Shown one piece after another: positions 11,846 through 24,340 of a DNA stretch of 35,715 bases; position 1 is the stretch's first letter; every line of letters begins with the position of its first letter. The DNA comes from Selaginella moellendorffii. Lineage: Eukaryota > Plantae > Lycopodiophyta. Under the pieces are notes generated by a model that did not search any database, had not been told where the DNA came from, and was given only the letters and a program-made list of their open reading frames with translations. Location of the stretch: positions 96,348 to 132,062 of the forward strand of contig NW_003314437.1 of assembly GCF_000143415.4 (NCBI RefSeq), in the 5' to 3' direction. A program made the translations under genes and the position numbers.

Positions 11846-12331
11846 GTAGAGCTCCATTCCTGAGAATTGTGCTTAAGAACTTTCATAGAAGGGTCACCAA
11901 ACTGTCACTACTGCCATTTCTGCATGATGTTCGTGATTTTGCAGCTTAAACTTGTTGTGAGAAAAACCAGTTACTGCAGGAAAAAAATGACTAAAAAAGC
12001 AGGCACCAGACACCAAGAAAAAGAAAAAGAAACAAAAAAGTGATCAAAAGAATCATTGAACAAGAGCAAGGTTAGCCAGAAACTTGCTTAGAAATCTTAG
12101 CCGGCATGAACAAAAAAGTTCCTTACTTTGTTACTACTACCAGTTGCTACTGAGACTTACAGCTTTGATTCTAAGCTGTGCCTTTTACAGCTTTGGTTTT
12201 TCTCATGACCAGCTTAAGCAAGAAAATCACAAACATCATGTAGCAACAAGTTGGTGACCCTTGTGCGGAAATCCACATTTGCAGCTAAGTTCTTAAGTGT
12301 TGTGTCATAACTCTCAGGAATGGAGCTCTAC
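11846..12331. repeat. Imperfect inverted repeat (arms 11846-11969 and 12194-12331)
   Basis: Complementary blocks gtagagctccattcctgaga/tctcaggaatggagctctac, cttaagaact/agttcttaag, aagggtcaccaa/ttggtgaccctt and gagaaaaacca/tggtttttctc occur in mirrored order. Confidence 0.85.
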
Positions 12332-15300
12332 GTCGGCTGCATTCAAAACTAAAGAATGATTGAAATCAGCAAACATGACAACAGATGATGTACCTGCTGA
12401 CAAATCTCGCAAATGGTGTCCTCGTTGCACCAGTGCTACACACATTAGAAACTTGAGGAGTCTCTTGATTAGAATCTTGGAGGGGTCAGGAAAACTTCCT
12501 AGCAGAGAGTAGAATTTTAAACCTTGGGAGAAAAGAAATCTTGGATGACAAAAGCAAAGTACCTTGAGCATGTTGCATTGCATAAAATCCTGTCTTGGCT
12601 TCTTAAGACAGGAGGACACTGTGTACATCCAAAATGTTTAAGTCATGTCAAAAGTGTTTCTAAGAAGGATTTTCAGATAGAGACAGACTTGGATAGGACA
12701 TTTAGATTCATACCTTGTCAAGATGCTCTCCATGTGCTTGAAAAAACTTTGGGAGGATGTAACGAGAAGGATTCCAAGCTGATTGCATTACTTGCATGTG
12801 CTTCTTGATGGCTTACAATCACTGGCCATCGAATGACAAGGAGTGGAAGAATTGGTGACAAAATAAATGGAAAGTGTGTAAACCTTACTGTTTTAGTCAT
12901 TTTCTTGCAAAAGAATTTTGAACTAGAGAGGATAAATGTTGGTAATTTAGTGTTCTACATTCTTTTTCAAGTGTTTTAGGTTTTTGTCGTGATGAAGCAA
13001 GAGTAGTTACAACATTTTACAAAATTCAAATAAGATTTGGAAGATGATAGTGGTTGAATTTCCATATTTATGGGAATTTGTTTTAGGACTCAGAGCATTA
13101 CTTCCTGGCAGACATTTTGAATAAGTCACGTGTTAAATGTTCATCACAATAGTGAAATAGATTGTGCTCCCTATTTTTAACCAAGAAAAAAATGTCATCA
13201 TGTGGCTGATTTCCTAAAGAAAAATCCATGATGTGCTTGAGAAAGTGAAGATAAACATTTCCAATTTCATACAAACTTTCCTTCATACAAAATTTCTTCT
13301 TTAGGCCACATCCAGACTATTCTGTAAGAGTTTCAAAACTTCTGTAATTAAAAAAGAAAAAAAGTATTCTACTGAATTGTACCTCATACAAGATGATATG
13401 CTATGTATTCTCATGCCTCCACTGTTCTAATTCATCTCTGTCGCCTCTGTATTTCGAAGGAAACACTATTTATAAAAACTCTGCATTTATGGTTACCCTT
13501 TTCTCCAATGGACCTAATGACGACATGTTCAAGACAGAGTCAAACTGGTAGGTATTCTTAAAGAACCATAGAACTGAACACCATCTCTTTAAGGGCAATT
13601 TATGAGGCGCTTGTGAGGCTCTGAAGTGTTAATCTCCTCTGGATATCTTTCAATAACGAGAAAAAACCTTTAAACTATGAAAGGTACTTTTTCACTTCTT
13701 TCATGTTTTATGGAGTCAAGTTACAGCTTCTGGAATTCTATGAGCAGCATCTGAGGAATGTCTAGGGAATGAGAAATAGTAAGGTGTAGTATGATATTTT
13801 CTTGTTCTAATAAATAGTTAAATAGGAGTACATTGTACTGCCTGTTGTAGCCTTTGTGGCTTTGCTTGACTACAAAACAATGCTTACAAAGTCACAATGA
13901 CACAAGCAGATATTTCGTAAAGATGTATTGTATTTTGCTATTTAGAGACATATATTAATAATATTATAATATAATATTATACTATATAATTTAAATATTA
14001 ATAATATTTTATATAAAATTAAATAATGGATCCTATACAAAAAATAATTATTTTAATATGTACATATTAATGTTATCTCCATGTTTATATTTAAAACATT
14101 AATATTTTTATATAATATGTTAATCTGTAATCATGTTCTCCTTTATATAATTGCTGAATAGTAAGTAGTGTTGAATCATTCAATAGTAATGTTTTTATAA
14201 ATTGGAATGTATAGTTTTATTATAAAGCATTAGTAGAGATTTGTCTTAATACAATTATATCTCTAATATAATTATTATCTTTGGATGTACCTCTTTTCAA
14301 ACACCTCTAATGTAGTGTGAATATCTAGATAGACTTACTTATGTTCATTTATAAATATAAATCAAGATACATAATAGAAATTCTCTTGTTCTTTATTAGA
14401 CTATGAAAGTTAAAGGCAGCATTATAGTTCAGATAAAAAAAATTAAAGGTCAGTATGTAATCAAAAAATTAATTTCCCCAAACCTATTTTTGGCAGTATA
14501 TAATTCTTTGGTTTTGTGAAAACTCAATTGCTTTTAGATCATGGCATCAATCTTGTATATGTGTTTAGGGTTTTGTATATTTTTATAAAGGCAATAAAAA
14601 AATTCAAATTTGAATTTAATGATGATTAAAAAATGATCGTATTTTTTCCAAAACTTGCATTTTTTTATCTTTTTGCATTATTGTGGATTTCCTTAGAGGT
14701 GAAGAGTAGCAAAATTAAGATAAATTTAACCTTGTATACAATAAAAAACTTTAACATTGTAAAATTAGAAAAGAAGATGTATTTATCTTAGGTATGCTAT
14801 ATCTCCAAGCAGAGCTGGGGTCTCTGCTAGTCAAATCATCATCATCAAACTCTTTATTTAAAGTTGCTATTTTGGCATCGGCGTCACATATTCCATTTTT
14901 CGAATATCCATTTTTACTTATGGCAGATGCTCTCAATTCAACGATCCAGATTTGTGACGCTCCAAAGCAATGGTGCGGATTGTTACATGGTGGCAAAGAG
15001 CTTGGTTTTAGGTTTAAGAAACGGTTAATATGGCTGTCCGTATCTGGAGCATATTGGATGCTAAAATTTTATTGTGGGAGAAGAAGCGCATCGGATGAGA
15101 AGTAGAACTTTCCCATCCCATATACTGTACATCCAAGACCTCAAGAAGAAGGTGACATCAGAGGTGATTTTTGTTTCAGAATTTCTGAACGATACAGGTA
15201 TTGCTCAGAAGAAAAAACAAATTTACTGCTTCTCTAGGTACTCTAACATTCAAGCGAATCCAGGGTGCCTTGCAGCATTTTTCCAGTCCAGTGAAGCTGA

Positions 15301-16623
15301 TCAATGGCATCGCAGCAAAATCCAGTGAGTTTTGTTTTAGAAAAAAAAATGACTACCATCTTTGGATATGCCTGTACAGCTTGCTTTGTGTAGCTCTAGG
15401 AGATGTAGTCGAGGTTCTGGTTGGAATAGGTGGAGAGGCAAGAGCTCAGGCTGGGAAGCACATCCTTGGAAGCTCTCCAAACAGGATCCAATTGATGCAC
15501 ATGTCTGCCTGGGTGGAGGTGCGCTCTCTGTTCCTCATTACCAGAGCTCACTGCCACAGATTCTGGAGAGTGCAAGAGACTGTTGGACTTCCAGGGAGTA
15601 GTTAGTGGAAAAGGTAGCTGACCTGTTTCATCACTTTGTTTCATTTCTGTGCTGCTGNNNNNNNNNNNNNNNNNNNNNNNNNNNNNNNNNNNNNNNNNNN
15701 NNNNNNNNNNNNNNNNNNNNNNNNNNNNNNNNNNNNNNNNNNNNNNNNNNNNNNNNNNNNNNNNNNNNNNNNNNNNNNNNNNNNNNNNNNNNNNNNNNNN
15801 NNNNNNNNNNNNNNNNNNNNNNNNNNNNNNNNNNNNNNNNNNNNNNNNNNNNNNNNNNNNNNNNNNNNGGGAAATGACAGCGATGAAGGCAAAATTGACA
15901 GCGCTGGTATGGTTTGGCAGCTTCAATCAAATCCAGTAAAAGATGAGAGGTGGCAGATGAACAGAAAAATAAAAAAACTGGGCAAGTTTGGGATCTCACC
16001 AGTATGGGGAAGACTGGGTAATGCTTTGCGTGTTTGTGTTTTTTCCAACCATGCTGTTCGTGATTCCAGCGGAAGTTCTCGAAGGCCAAGTTAATCTTTT
16101 GAGAGTTGAGCTAGGAGAAGTTCAACTCACAAAGCTCTTGGGAGGAAAGAGGTGGATCAGATGCCATGGTAAACACGTAAACCTCCTATTTTCTTTCATT
16201 TTTTTCTTCAGGAATTCCATCTCTTGTTGCCAAGCCACTGGCGTGTAGGGAATTAAAATGCCTGATTTGGTAAATTCATGAAGCCTTGTTCCGCTTTTCC
16301 TGGCGAACACTGTAGGTACTCCAAAGGCCTCAGCTACAATTCTATACTGGACTGGGACAGCAACGCTGCTTCTTGATCTTCCTCGCATTTGTTATTATTC
16401 TTCTCAGAACTAGATAGCCACAATTTTCACTAAAATCTAAAACAAGCACTGACTAAAGTCACGCAGATCCGAGTTCATTAAAAATCCTGGACCGCATAAG
16501 GTGCTGGTATAGTAGCATAAATTTTTTTTTTATGATGCTAATCAAAATCTCTCTCTTTTGCACTTCTTTTTAGGTGAAAGTTATTCTTTTTTCTGACACA
16601 GAAGAGCGTGCATTTCCATTCAG

Positions 16624-17880
16624 AAGAGAAGCGGCCAAGAAGGACTCCGAGTTGATGTCTTTCGGATGTGTTTTGTGGAGGCAAGAGGAAGCTTCGATTT
16701 TGAAAAGCTGGTAGTTTTAGTGATAATCACGTGAATTGATTTATGCTTTTGCGTGTGGAGCAGGTTTGGATTAGAGTTGGCACCGGCAGTAGTTTTCATC
16801 AAAGATCCAGGTGTCCAGCCCATAACTGTTTATGGTAAAAATCTTCTTTTCGGCAGCTTTGAGATTATTTCTTTCAATTTGCGGGTAAATTGCAGGTAAA
16901 TTGCGTGACTCCTTCATGGAAACTGTGGAAGAACATAAAGTTCATGGTAAGTACTATGTAGGCTCTTCCTCCTTTTGCTATCTTTTGAATTGCAATTTGA
17001 TGTGCGTGCTTTTATTTCTTCCTCAGCTGCAAAGCATCACGGCTTCCAAACTTGGATGTGATCCCGCGGACTTCTCTGCAGCTGGAAAAGATGTAGAAAC
17101 ATGGTACTGCATTGTGGTTGCTGGAAGGCCTGATTTTCAGCTTGATCAACTCTGCAGTGTAAGATTTTCTTTCTTGTTGTTTCTAGCTGACGAGTTTCTC
17201 ATTTTAGACGATGAGAATTGTGCAAGATGAGCTCGTGTAAGTGAGGACATTGATAGCCAAAATTTTGCTGCTGCCACTGCATACAAAGACAAGCATTTGA
17301 GCCTATCATGGCTTGACGGCGAAATGCAAAAGGTGGATACTTATATAGCTCGCTGGTTAATTAATCCTTGTTTTTGTGCAGAAATTTTGCTATTACTGCC
17401 TCCCTTCTGAACCCGTCCATGAGACTTGCAGGCCGAGGCAGTACCAAGTGCAAGATGTGGCAAGGATTTTGATGATACGTTTTAGAAGAGATCCAACATC
17501 AAAAGCCGGTGGTGAAGAGAATCAATACCTGGTGGTGTTTGAATTATGAGGAGCCAGATTTAGCATCGATGCTTATTGCTCCATACAGTGATGCAAATGA
17601 AATCTCGGAGGTTAGTTGGTTTCATTTAGACTTTTTTCTCTTTTCTTTGCTATACCAAAGAGTTTTTCTGCAGGTTTTATCGTGAATTTCTAATAGTGTT
17701 CATGATGGCAACACAAATGAAATTCCATTCTTTGTAAGTGTTGTGGTGTTTTGAAAGTTTGGAGAACTCTTGACTGTGGGATTTTGTTAGAATACTAAGT
17801 CGATGCCTGCGTTAATACCCGAGGAGCAAGCAGTCTTGATGCTCTCTTCAACACGGAATGCTGTGAGTAGAATGAGGAGA
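16624..17880 (+). pseudogene. Multi-exon fragment of plant DnaJ/thioredoxin-like (DNAJC16-like) gene, C-terminal half
   Basis: Exons read APAVVFIKDPGVQP, LQSITASKLGCDP...TWYCIVVAGR, LSLSWLDGEMQK and KFCYYCLPSE..HETC, separated by short introns. An in-frame TGA at 17683 replaces an expected Trp. No J-domain is visible. Confidence 0.75.
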
Positions 17881-18569
17881 TTTATAAATAAAAGTTTGTT
17901 TACAAATTACAGATTGTGCATGTTATTAGCTTCTATGCACTATTTGGAAGAACAAAAAGGGAACACTACATTTAATAGAGTATGCATGACTGTAAGCTTT
18001 TAATTTTGTTGATGTTTCTTGTAAAAAAAATTATAAATTGAGCTAAAGGACAAAAGAAAATGTAATTCAAAATAAAGATATTACATAAACAATCAAAAAT
18101 TAAAAAAATATTTTAGAAGAAACTAAATTTTCTTTTCAAGATAAGAGCTTCAAATAGACTTGTTACATAGTTAGAGAAATTTTTCTGAGAGTTCATATCA
18201 ACTTTCTTTCTAAGCATTATTGGTTGTACAAAACTTTTGGTTCCATACTAGAGGGATGGCTGGCTGGATCCCTCCTGGGTTGAGAGGGAACAAGGCCCCA
18301 TAGTACTAGCAATCACAACTTGAACAGATGTGTAGGAAGCTGGTATATCTATCACATGTAGCCATAAAGATTCAAAAACTACAACAACTTTTGCTTGAAG
18401 CACTTGAAAAGAATGTGGTAGACAGCAACAAACCTGTACAGCGTCGTGAACAGCCGGATGTCTGCCAGAGTGAGCGAGTTGCCACACAAAAATCTCAAGC
18501 ACTGAAGGTGTTTCTCAACAGTTTCGAGTTGTTCCCTGTATTATAGAATTAAAAATGAACAATTTTAGA

Positions 18570-18880
18570 ATGGATTAGCAATGGGTTTAAAGAAGATAGC
18601 AGAAAAAGAGATGCTAAGAGATAGCGAGCTCTTGATAAAGAAGAGATTGAGCTTGCAATCTTGATAAGCAGGATTGAACCACTTACACAGATATCCCAAG
18701 AAAACAAAAGTCGTGATGTAGCACACTAAGGACACAGCAAGCAAGGCATTATACCTGTGAAGTGTGCATCTTGTTGTATGTATAAAAGGTAAAGAAACGA
18801 GGAAGAACATTACCAGAACTGACTCTCTTTGGCAATCCATGCAGCATTCCAGTTGTATGTCGAGAGTCTTCCTGCCAGAA
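18570..18880 (-). pseudogene. Serinc (serine incorporator/TMS) gene fragment
   Basis: WNAAWIAKESQFW [intron] YNALLAVSLVCY...KWFNPAYQDCKLNLFFI matches the plant Serinc segment WN..W...DEQFWY.ALL...WFNP...DC.LN.FFI. Only two exons are present. Confidence 0.75.
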
Positions 18881-21800
18881 GAACAAAGAAACTATGGTTA
18901 TAAATCCAAGAGAAAAGCACTAGATTTACTGTCAGCATCCACAATGTCATTGGGAAGAAGGATGAGGCAAAGCACAGTGAGACCAGACCAGACGATAAGA
19001 GCTTGATCATTCAGTTGCCACGATGCCAAGAGTCCCTGTGATTGCTTTGGTACTTCCCAAAGCTCTCATGTGTAGAACAGCTTGTGTGCCAAACAAATCC
19101 TTGCCAGGCGAGTAAGGGAAGTGATTAATCCCTGGTCCAAGCGAAACAAAAGTAGGTGTTGTTGCAAATCACAAGAACTTACACGGGATTTTCTCACGGT
19201 GAGGTCATGCAGCATCCATGCGAGCAGCAAGGAGAGTGCGAAGAGNNNNNNNNNNNNNNNNNNNNNNNNNNNNNNNNNNNNNNNNNNNNNNNNNNNNNNN
19301 NNNNNNNNNNNNNNNNNNNNNNNNNNNNNNNNNNNNNNNNNNNNNTACCCGATTCTTGCCAATCGGCAAGAGATGCTGCTCGCTAATCCCTCACAAGCCT
19401 GGCAAGCGTAAGCTGTGCAGCCGGACGCTAGACAAAATGTCACCCACATCATCAGATGCTCGCTGGATCAAGAAGCAAAACCTTAGAATTTGATTACATT
19501 GTCCCTCGCTTTAGATTTTTTTTTTATAACACTAATGCCATGTTGTTCTGTTGTAGATTTTCTATCGTTACAGAACTGAAAGGCAGAGAGTTTATGGTTG
19601 CAGTATTCTTGCAGTGATCTGGGTGGGATAAAATCCTAAATTTTGTGTTGTATAGCTGTTTACAGTTTTGGAGCCTATTGAAATATCCAGTGTTTGCTCG
19701 AAATTTCCCAGCAAGGAGCGCACTGGCAATGCAGCAGCTTTGTGCACTGGCGCTCTCAAGTTATCGTCACTGCAGCCACTGATATGAACGTGACTGGCCG
19801 CTCAATCGATCAGATGCCATATCTGAGCGCCAATGCCATACCATTTTAAGGTTTCTATTTCCTCCAAGTTGTCCAGATAGCCAGCTGAGTAAATCCCAGG
19901 CTGTTCCCTGGGAATCCACAGCAGTGTGGCAGTCACTGCCTTCCAGACATTCTCGAGTTTTCTCAAAAAGTGGTACCATGAGACGGTGCTCAAGCCGGGA
20001 CAGCCTCCACTTCCACCGGGATCTTTGGCAACGTGGCTGCTTTTCTCAGAGGCTTCAAGTCTGGAAGACCGACTACATTGCAAAGTTGAGTGATCTTGTA
20101 CTTTCTTTCGCTTGTTTAACTGTCGCTTTTTCTTGGTTTCAGGTTTAATCGAGTGGGTTTACAAGGCGTTTCTGTTCTGGCAGCATGCAAATTTGTAAAG
20201 ACAGCTTTGAGACAGGATGGCCGGAGAGCACTGTTGTGCTCATTGGACGAAATTTGTTTGCAGGGTTAACTGGAAAGAGCCACTTGAAGCTCCAAGCCCG
20301 CTGTGAACAATCCCAAAGCTCTCAAGCAGTATGTGCCCCTCATCGTCAACAACATAAAAGTGTCCCTTGTGAGGTGGTCTACACAGGATAAGATCGTTCT
20401 TCTTACCAGTAAGCAATTGTCTTAGTTTTCTTGTTGACACTGGTTTTTTCTGATATGACAGTTCACGTTTCTAACTGTCCTCTACATTTTATATGGGAAA
20501 GACTCCAGTCTCGACATGGAAGAGACTTTCTCCTTCTACTACATTGTCAACCAAGGCATTCAGGCTCTCCCCATCAACTTCCTCGACACTGCCTACAACA
20601 AAGCCATATACGTTGTACATAGCTTTGTGACGTTTTCTCATTTTCAGGCCGAGGCAAAAGCTCATCAAGCTTATCCAGGACGTGATCAACCAACGCTTCT
20701 GGAAAGTCGCAGGAAACAAGCATTCTTTCGTTGCTCATTGATTGTTTTGGTCTTGGCAAAGACCTAGACACAAGTGGGAAGTTTTGTAAGGGTAAGCTTA
20801 TAAAGCTGATAGTGTGGAGACATCTTATTGGGATAAGGAGGTTAGATATACCCCTTCAAGGGATAAATTTCTTATAATGCGATATAGTAAGTCAATGTCA
20901 TAAAAGGACACCCAAACACTCTAAAACACCAGAAAGCTGTGTTTGATATCATGAGGGCATTAAATAAAGCCCAAAGGAATAGCTCTCTAGTGAATAAGGG
21001 AATCTATTTGAATTGGACAAAGCCAAAAAAGAATTTTATCAAAGCTAGTGACAGGCTTATAAAGGCCAATAAGTTGTAAACGACTAAATTTTCCATTCTA
21101 CTTTAGTCACTTAACCACACCTCCGACCACTTGGAGGACTCTCAATCACAACCTCCATAAGTCTATTTCAGGACTTGGGACTTGCTAGCCCCGAGAATGG
21201 CATCCATGCCACTCAACATTTGCACTTGGTCCAAGTGCTCCACGTGTCCGATCCCATGACCGACCCTCAAAAGTACCACTGACATGGGAGCATGTTACGC
21301 TAAGGCCAAGCCCAATCACCTTCGCCACACTGGTAGTCCAATACCACTTGTATCACAGTTTTGGCTCTCCAAGACTAGGCAAACTATCCATGAGTGGTCA
21401 TCTCAGATCCACTCCTTAGCATCCTTAGGATGCCCACTGACAAGGGGAATAACCTTCCCCAATATCCCTCTGTCATTCCCCACTAAGTCCTTTTCTGCCC
21501 CTGGCCGTGTTTGCCAACACTGCCACTGGATCGAGGCCCACAGGCCCGACCACTAAGTCCCACGGTCCTCTGGGACTTCCTCACCACACGACTGTGTCCT
21601 TGGTCACTACCCCAGAGGACTGCTCCTCTTCCTTTCCATAGTCTGGGCATTTGGGACCACATTTCGGAACACCGTGGCCTTACGCGAGCCACCTGGGTAC
21701 TCTCCCCGCCTTCCGCCCTTGGGTGCTCTAGCCATGGGCTTAGAGCGAGGTTCCGTTGAGCCACGCCTGGTATCCAAGTAGGTAGTGCCACCCACACTTG

Positions 21801-22097
21801 GACTGGGAGCATCAGCTAGTCGATCTCCCGGGGGAACTAGAGCTGGCTTTTGAACACTTCACCAAGCTACCCCGCTTGTCGGTCCGTGTTCACTCTAGTC
21901 TTGGACTTCCCAGTGGTCAACTCATCACCCAACACTGGGTCTGGCCTTCCTGGGCCAAACTGGCCTTTCCTGGCCAAACTGGCTCCACTGGGCTCCAACC
22001 CCCACACTCTCCCTACTATACTTTTGGAACCCCCCGCAGAGCCCCCCCCTGGGGGGATGATCGCTTTGGGCTTTCACCCAACTGCCTGTATTAGTAT

Positions 22098-22660
22098 TCG
22101 GACTCGGACTCGGACTCGGGCTCGAACTCGGACTCGGACTCAGTCTCGGTCCCGGTTTTGGACTCGGACTCAGTCTCGGTCTCGGTCTCAACCTCGGTCT
22201 CGGTTCCATCTCAGACTCCATCTCGGACTCCATCTCGGGTCCATCTTGGACTCCATCTCGGACTCCATCTCGGGTCCATCTCGGGTCCATCTCGGACTCC
22301 ATCTCGGGTCCATCTCGGACTCCATTTCGGGTCCATCTCGGACTCCATCTCGGACTCCATCTCAGACTCCATTTCGGACTCCATATCGGACTCCACTTCG
22401 GGTCCATCTCGGACTCCATCTCGGACTCCATATCGGACTCCACTTCGGGTCCATCTCGGATTCCATTTTGGACTCCATATCGGACTCCATATCAGACTCC
22501 ATTTCGGGTCCGTCTTGGACTCCATATCGGACTCCACTTCAGGTCCATCTCGGACTCCACTTCGGACTCCATATCAGACTCCACTTTGGGTCCATCTTGG
22601 ACTCCACTTCGGGTCCATCTCAGACTCCAACTCGGGTCCGCCTCGGACTCCATCTCAGAC
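22098..22660. repeat. Compound tandem array: 6-mer (CTCGGA) grading into 12/11-mer (CTCGGACTCCAT / CTCGGGTCCAT)
   Basis: Read directly: about 17 hexamers at 22098-22205, then about 38 units of 11-12 nt. Confidence 0.95.
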
Positions 22661-24069
22661 ACTTCCACGTGTCATGTGTTGGTCCTTTTTGGGTCCCTTT
22701 TTGGAGCCTTGCTTATTGGTTGCCTCGTGCTTGCTCCTCGAGCACTCTGTTGGGAGTTCCACTCCCGCTCTTGACCTTCCAAGTTGGAGCTTTTAGTCCA
22801 AACGTGTTATGCTCGTTTGGCTTTCGCTTCAGCCACTACCACGTGGCACCCTTTTTGGCTCCACTTTGGGGCCTAGGGATTTTGTGTCTCACAACTCCAC
22901 CACCCATAGACGAAGTTTGATGTCCTCATCGAACGGTAAACCCTCTTATAAAGTAACACCCGCATGTATTACCAGTTCCATCCTTGGCACCCAGCCAATA
23001 TTTGTCTATGGTTTGACACCAAAGGCTCACCATGCCTTGTCCATCCTCTAAGGAGTATAGTTTCTCCAATATAGAGACTTATTCGGCCACCTGGGGTGGT
23101 TTGCTCCCTTTTATTGGTTCAGTTCTCGCTAAACTCGTTAGAGACATCGTCTCTAACTCAATTCCACTACTCATTCTCGAGTAGTCTCAGATTCTATCGA
23201 CATAACCTTTGCACTTTGGAACGTTTACTTTTGACTTTTTGAAGTCAATTTCCTAGGTGTCTCCGACACCTTGCATTGCACACATTGTGCAAACCCACTT
23301 CCCTATCCTAGGAAGTCCTCTACTTGAGGGCACCATCCTCGTCTTTTCTATTTTGTGCCACCCTTTGGCATTACGTTCCCATTATCATCGTTTGTGCTAG
23401 GGCTGTCCACAACCCTATTCTTTGGCTACTTTGCCGCTCCTCACTTGGAGCTTTTACTTTGCCAAATTGGAGCACTTGGGAATCTAACCTTGGAAGTCCA
23501 TTTCCTTTCCCACAATCTGTTAGCATCAAACACATTAGTGTTCCTTGGCTAACCTTGCCATTTGGATTCCTCCCATTAAATTCCATGGCCCAAACTTAGC
23601 CACTAGTCTTTTGCTCCTATCCATTGATTGTTGCATCAAGCAACAAAGGATCACTACCTCCCTCCTTGAGGTATTCTTTTGGTTCCATAGCAAAGCTCCG
23701 CTTTGCCAAGTCCGGAAGGTGTTCACCCCTAGTACGTCTCTTTAGCATTTTCTGCTGTGGGCTATATCCACGGCCCAACTCTGTGACCCTCCCACGGGTC
23801 TTTTATAGAGACTACTTTCCTCGGACTCACTATGTCATTACATTGACATATCTCATTTCCCTAAGGTGTCCTTCTCACTTGGTCACCTTGACCAAGCCAC
23901 ACCATCATTAATAGTTCCAATCAACACTTTGAACTTGGAACTTTATCCCTTCACCTCACAAGGACCTTGTCCTTGTTTTGGCCATAAGATCACCTAATGA
24001 TCTAACCTTGGCACCTTAACAGGTTTGGCCATAGGTACTAGGTCTTCTAGACCTTTAAGTTGTTGACCA

Positions 24070-24340
24070 TGACCCCGGGGGCATCCCCCACACTTGGCGG
24101 TGTGCCCAAGCTAGCCCTTCCGGCCAAGGGTCCATAGCAACTGAGATTGGGTGTCCCCATCTCATTCACCACGTCCTTGGTGCCATTCGCACCAAAGTGT
24201 TCAAGTTAGATATGCCGAACCACACTAACCAATCTAACCGTGTGTCACGACTCCGGAGCATCCCCCACTTGGCGGTGTGCCCAAGCCAGTCTCCTCACTG
24301 AGAGTCCATGACCACCGAAATATGAATGTCCTCATATTCC
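24070..24340. repeat. Diverged ~90-bp direct repeat (24070-24162 and 24247-24340)
   Basis: Both copies share the core gcatcccc..cacttggcggtgtgcccaagc and a downstream gtccat...tgtcc.cat. Confidence 0.7.

Noticed and set aside
13380-13420. Minus-strand EYIAYHL as a Helitron 'REYYAYRL' motif
   Set aside because: Too short, with no supporting flanking motifs.
13920-14750. Extremely AT-rich tract (also 31290-31790, 35500-35715) as a regulatory element or origin
   Set aside because: Typical non-autonomous Helitron or intergenic filler with no specific motif support.
18248-18277. CTAG next to hairpin gagggat...atccctc as a fourth Helitron end
   Set aside because: Spacing and stem sequence differ from the three family ends.
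20770-21080. gtgggaagttt-TGTAAG as PPT plus LTR start
   Set aside because: No matching CA end or second copy was found in the window.
22204-22660. CRISPR-like array
   Set aside because: Units are contiguous with no unique spacers, there are no cas genes, and the context is eukaryotic.
21850-22920. 356-aa ORF and overlapping ORFs as real proteins
   Set aside because: They are open only because the tandem units lack stop codons, and the 11-mer variants shift frame freely.
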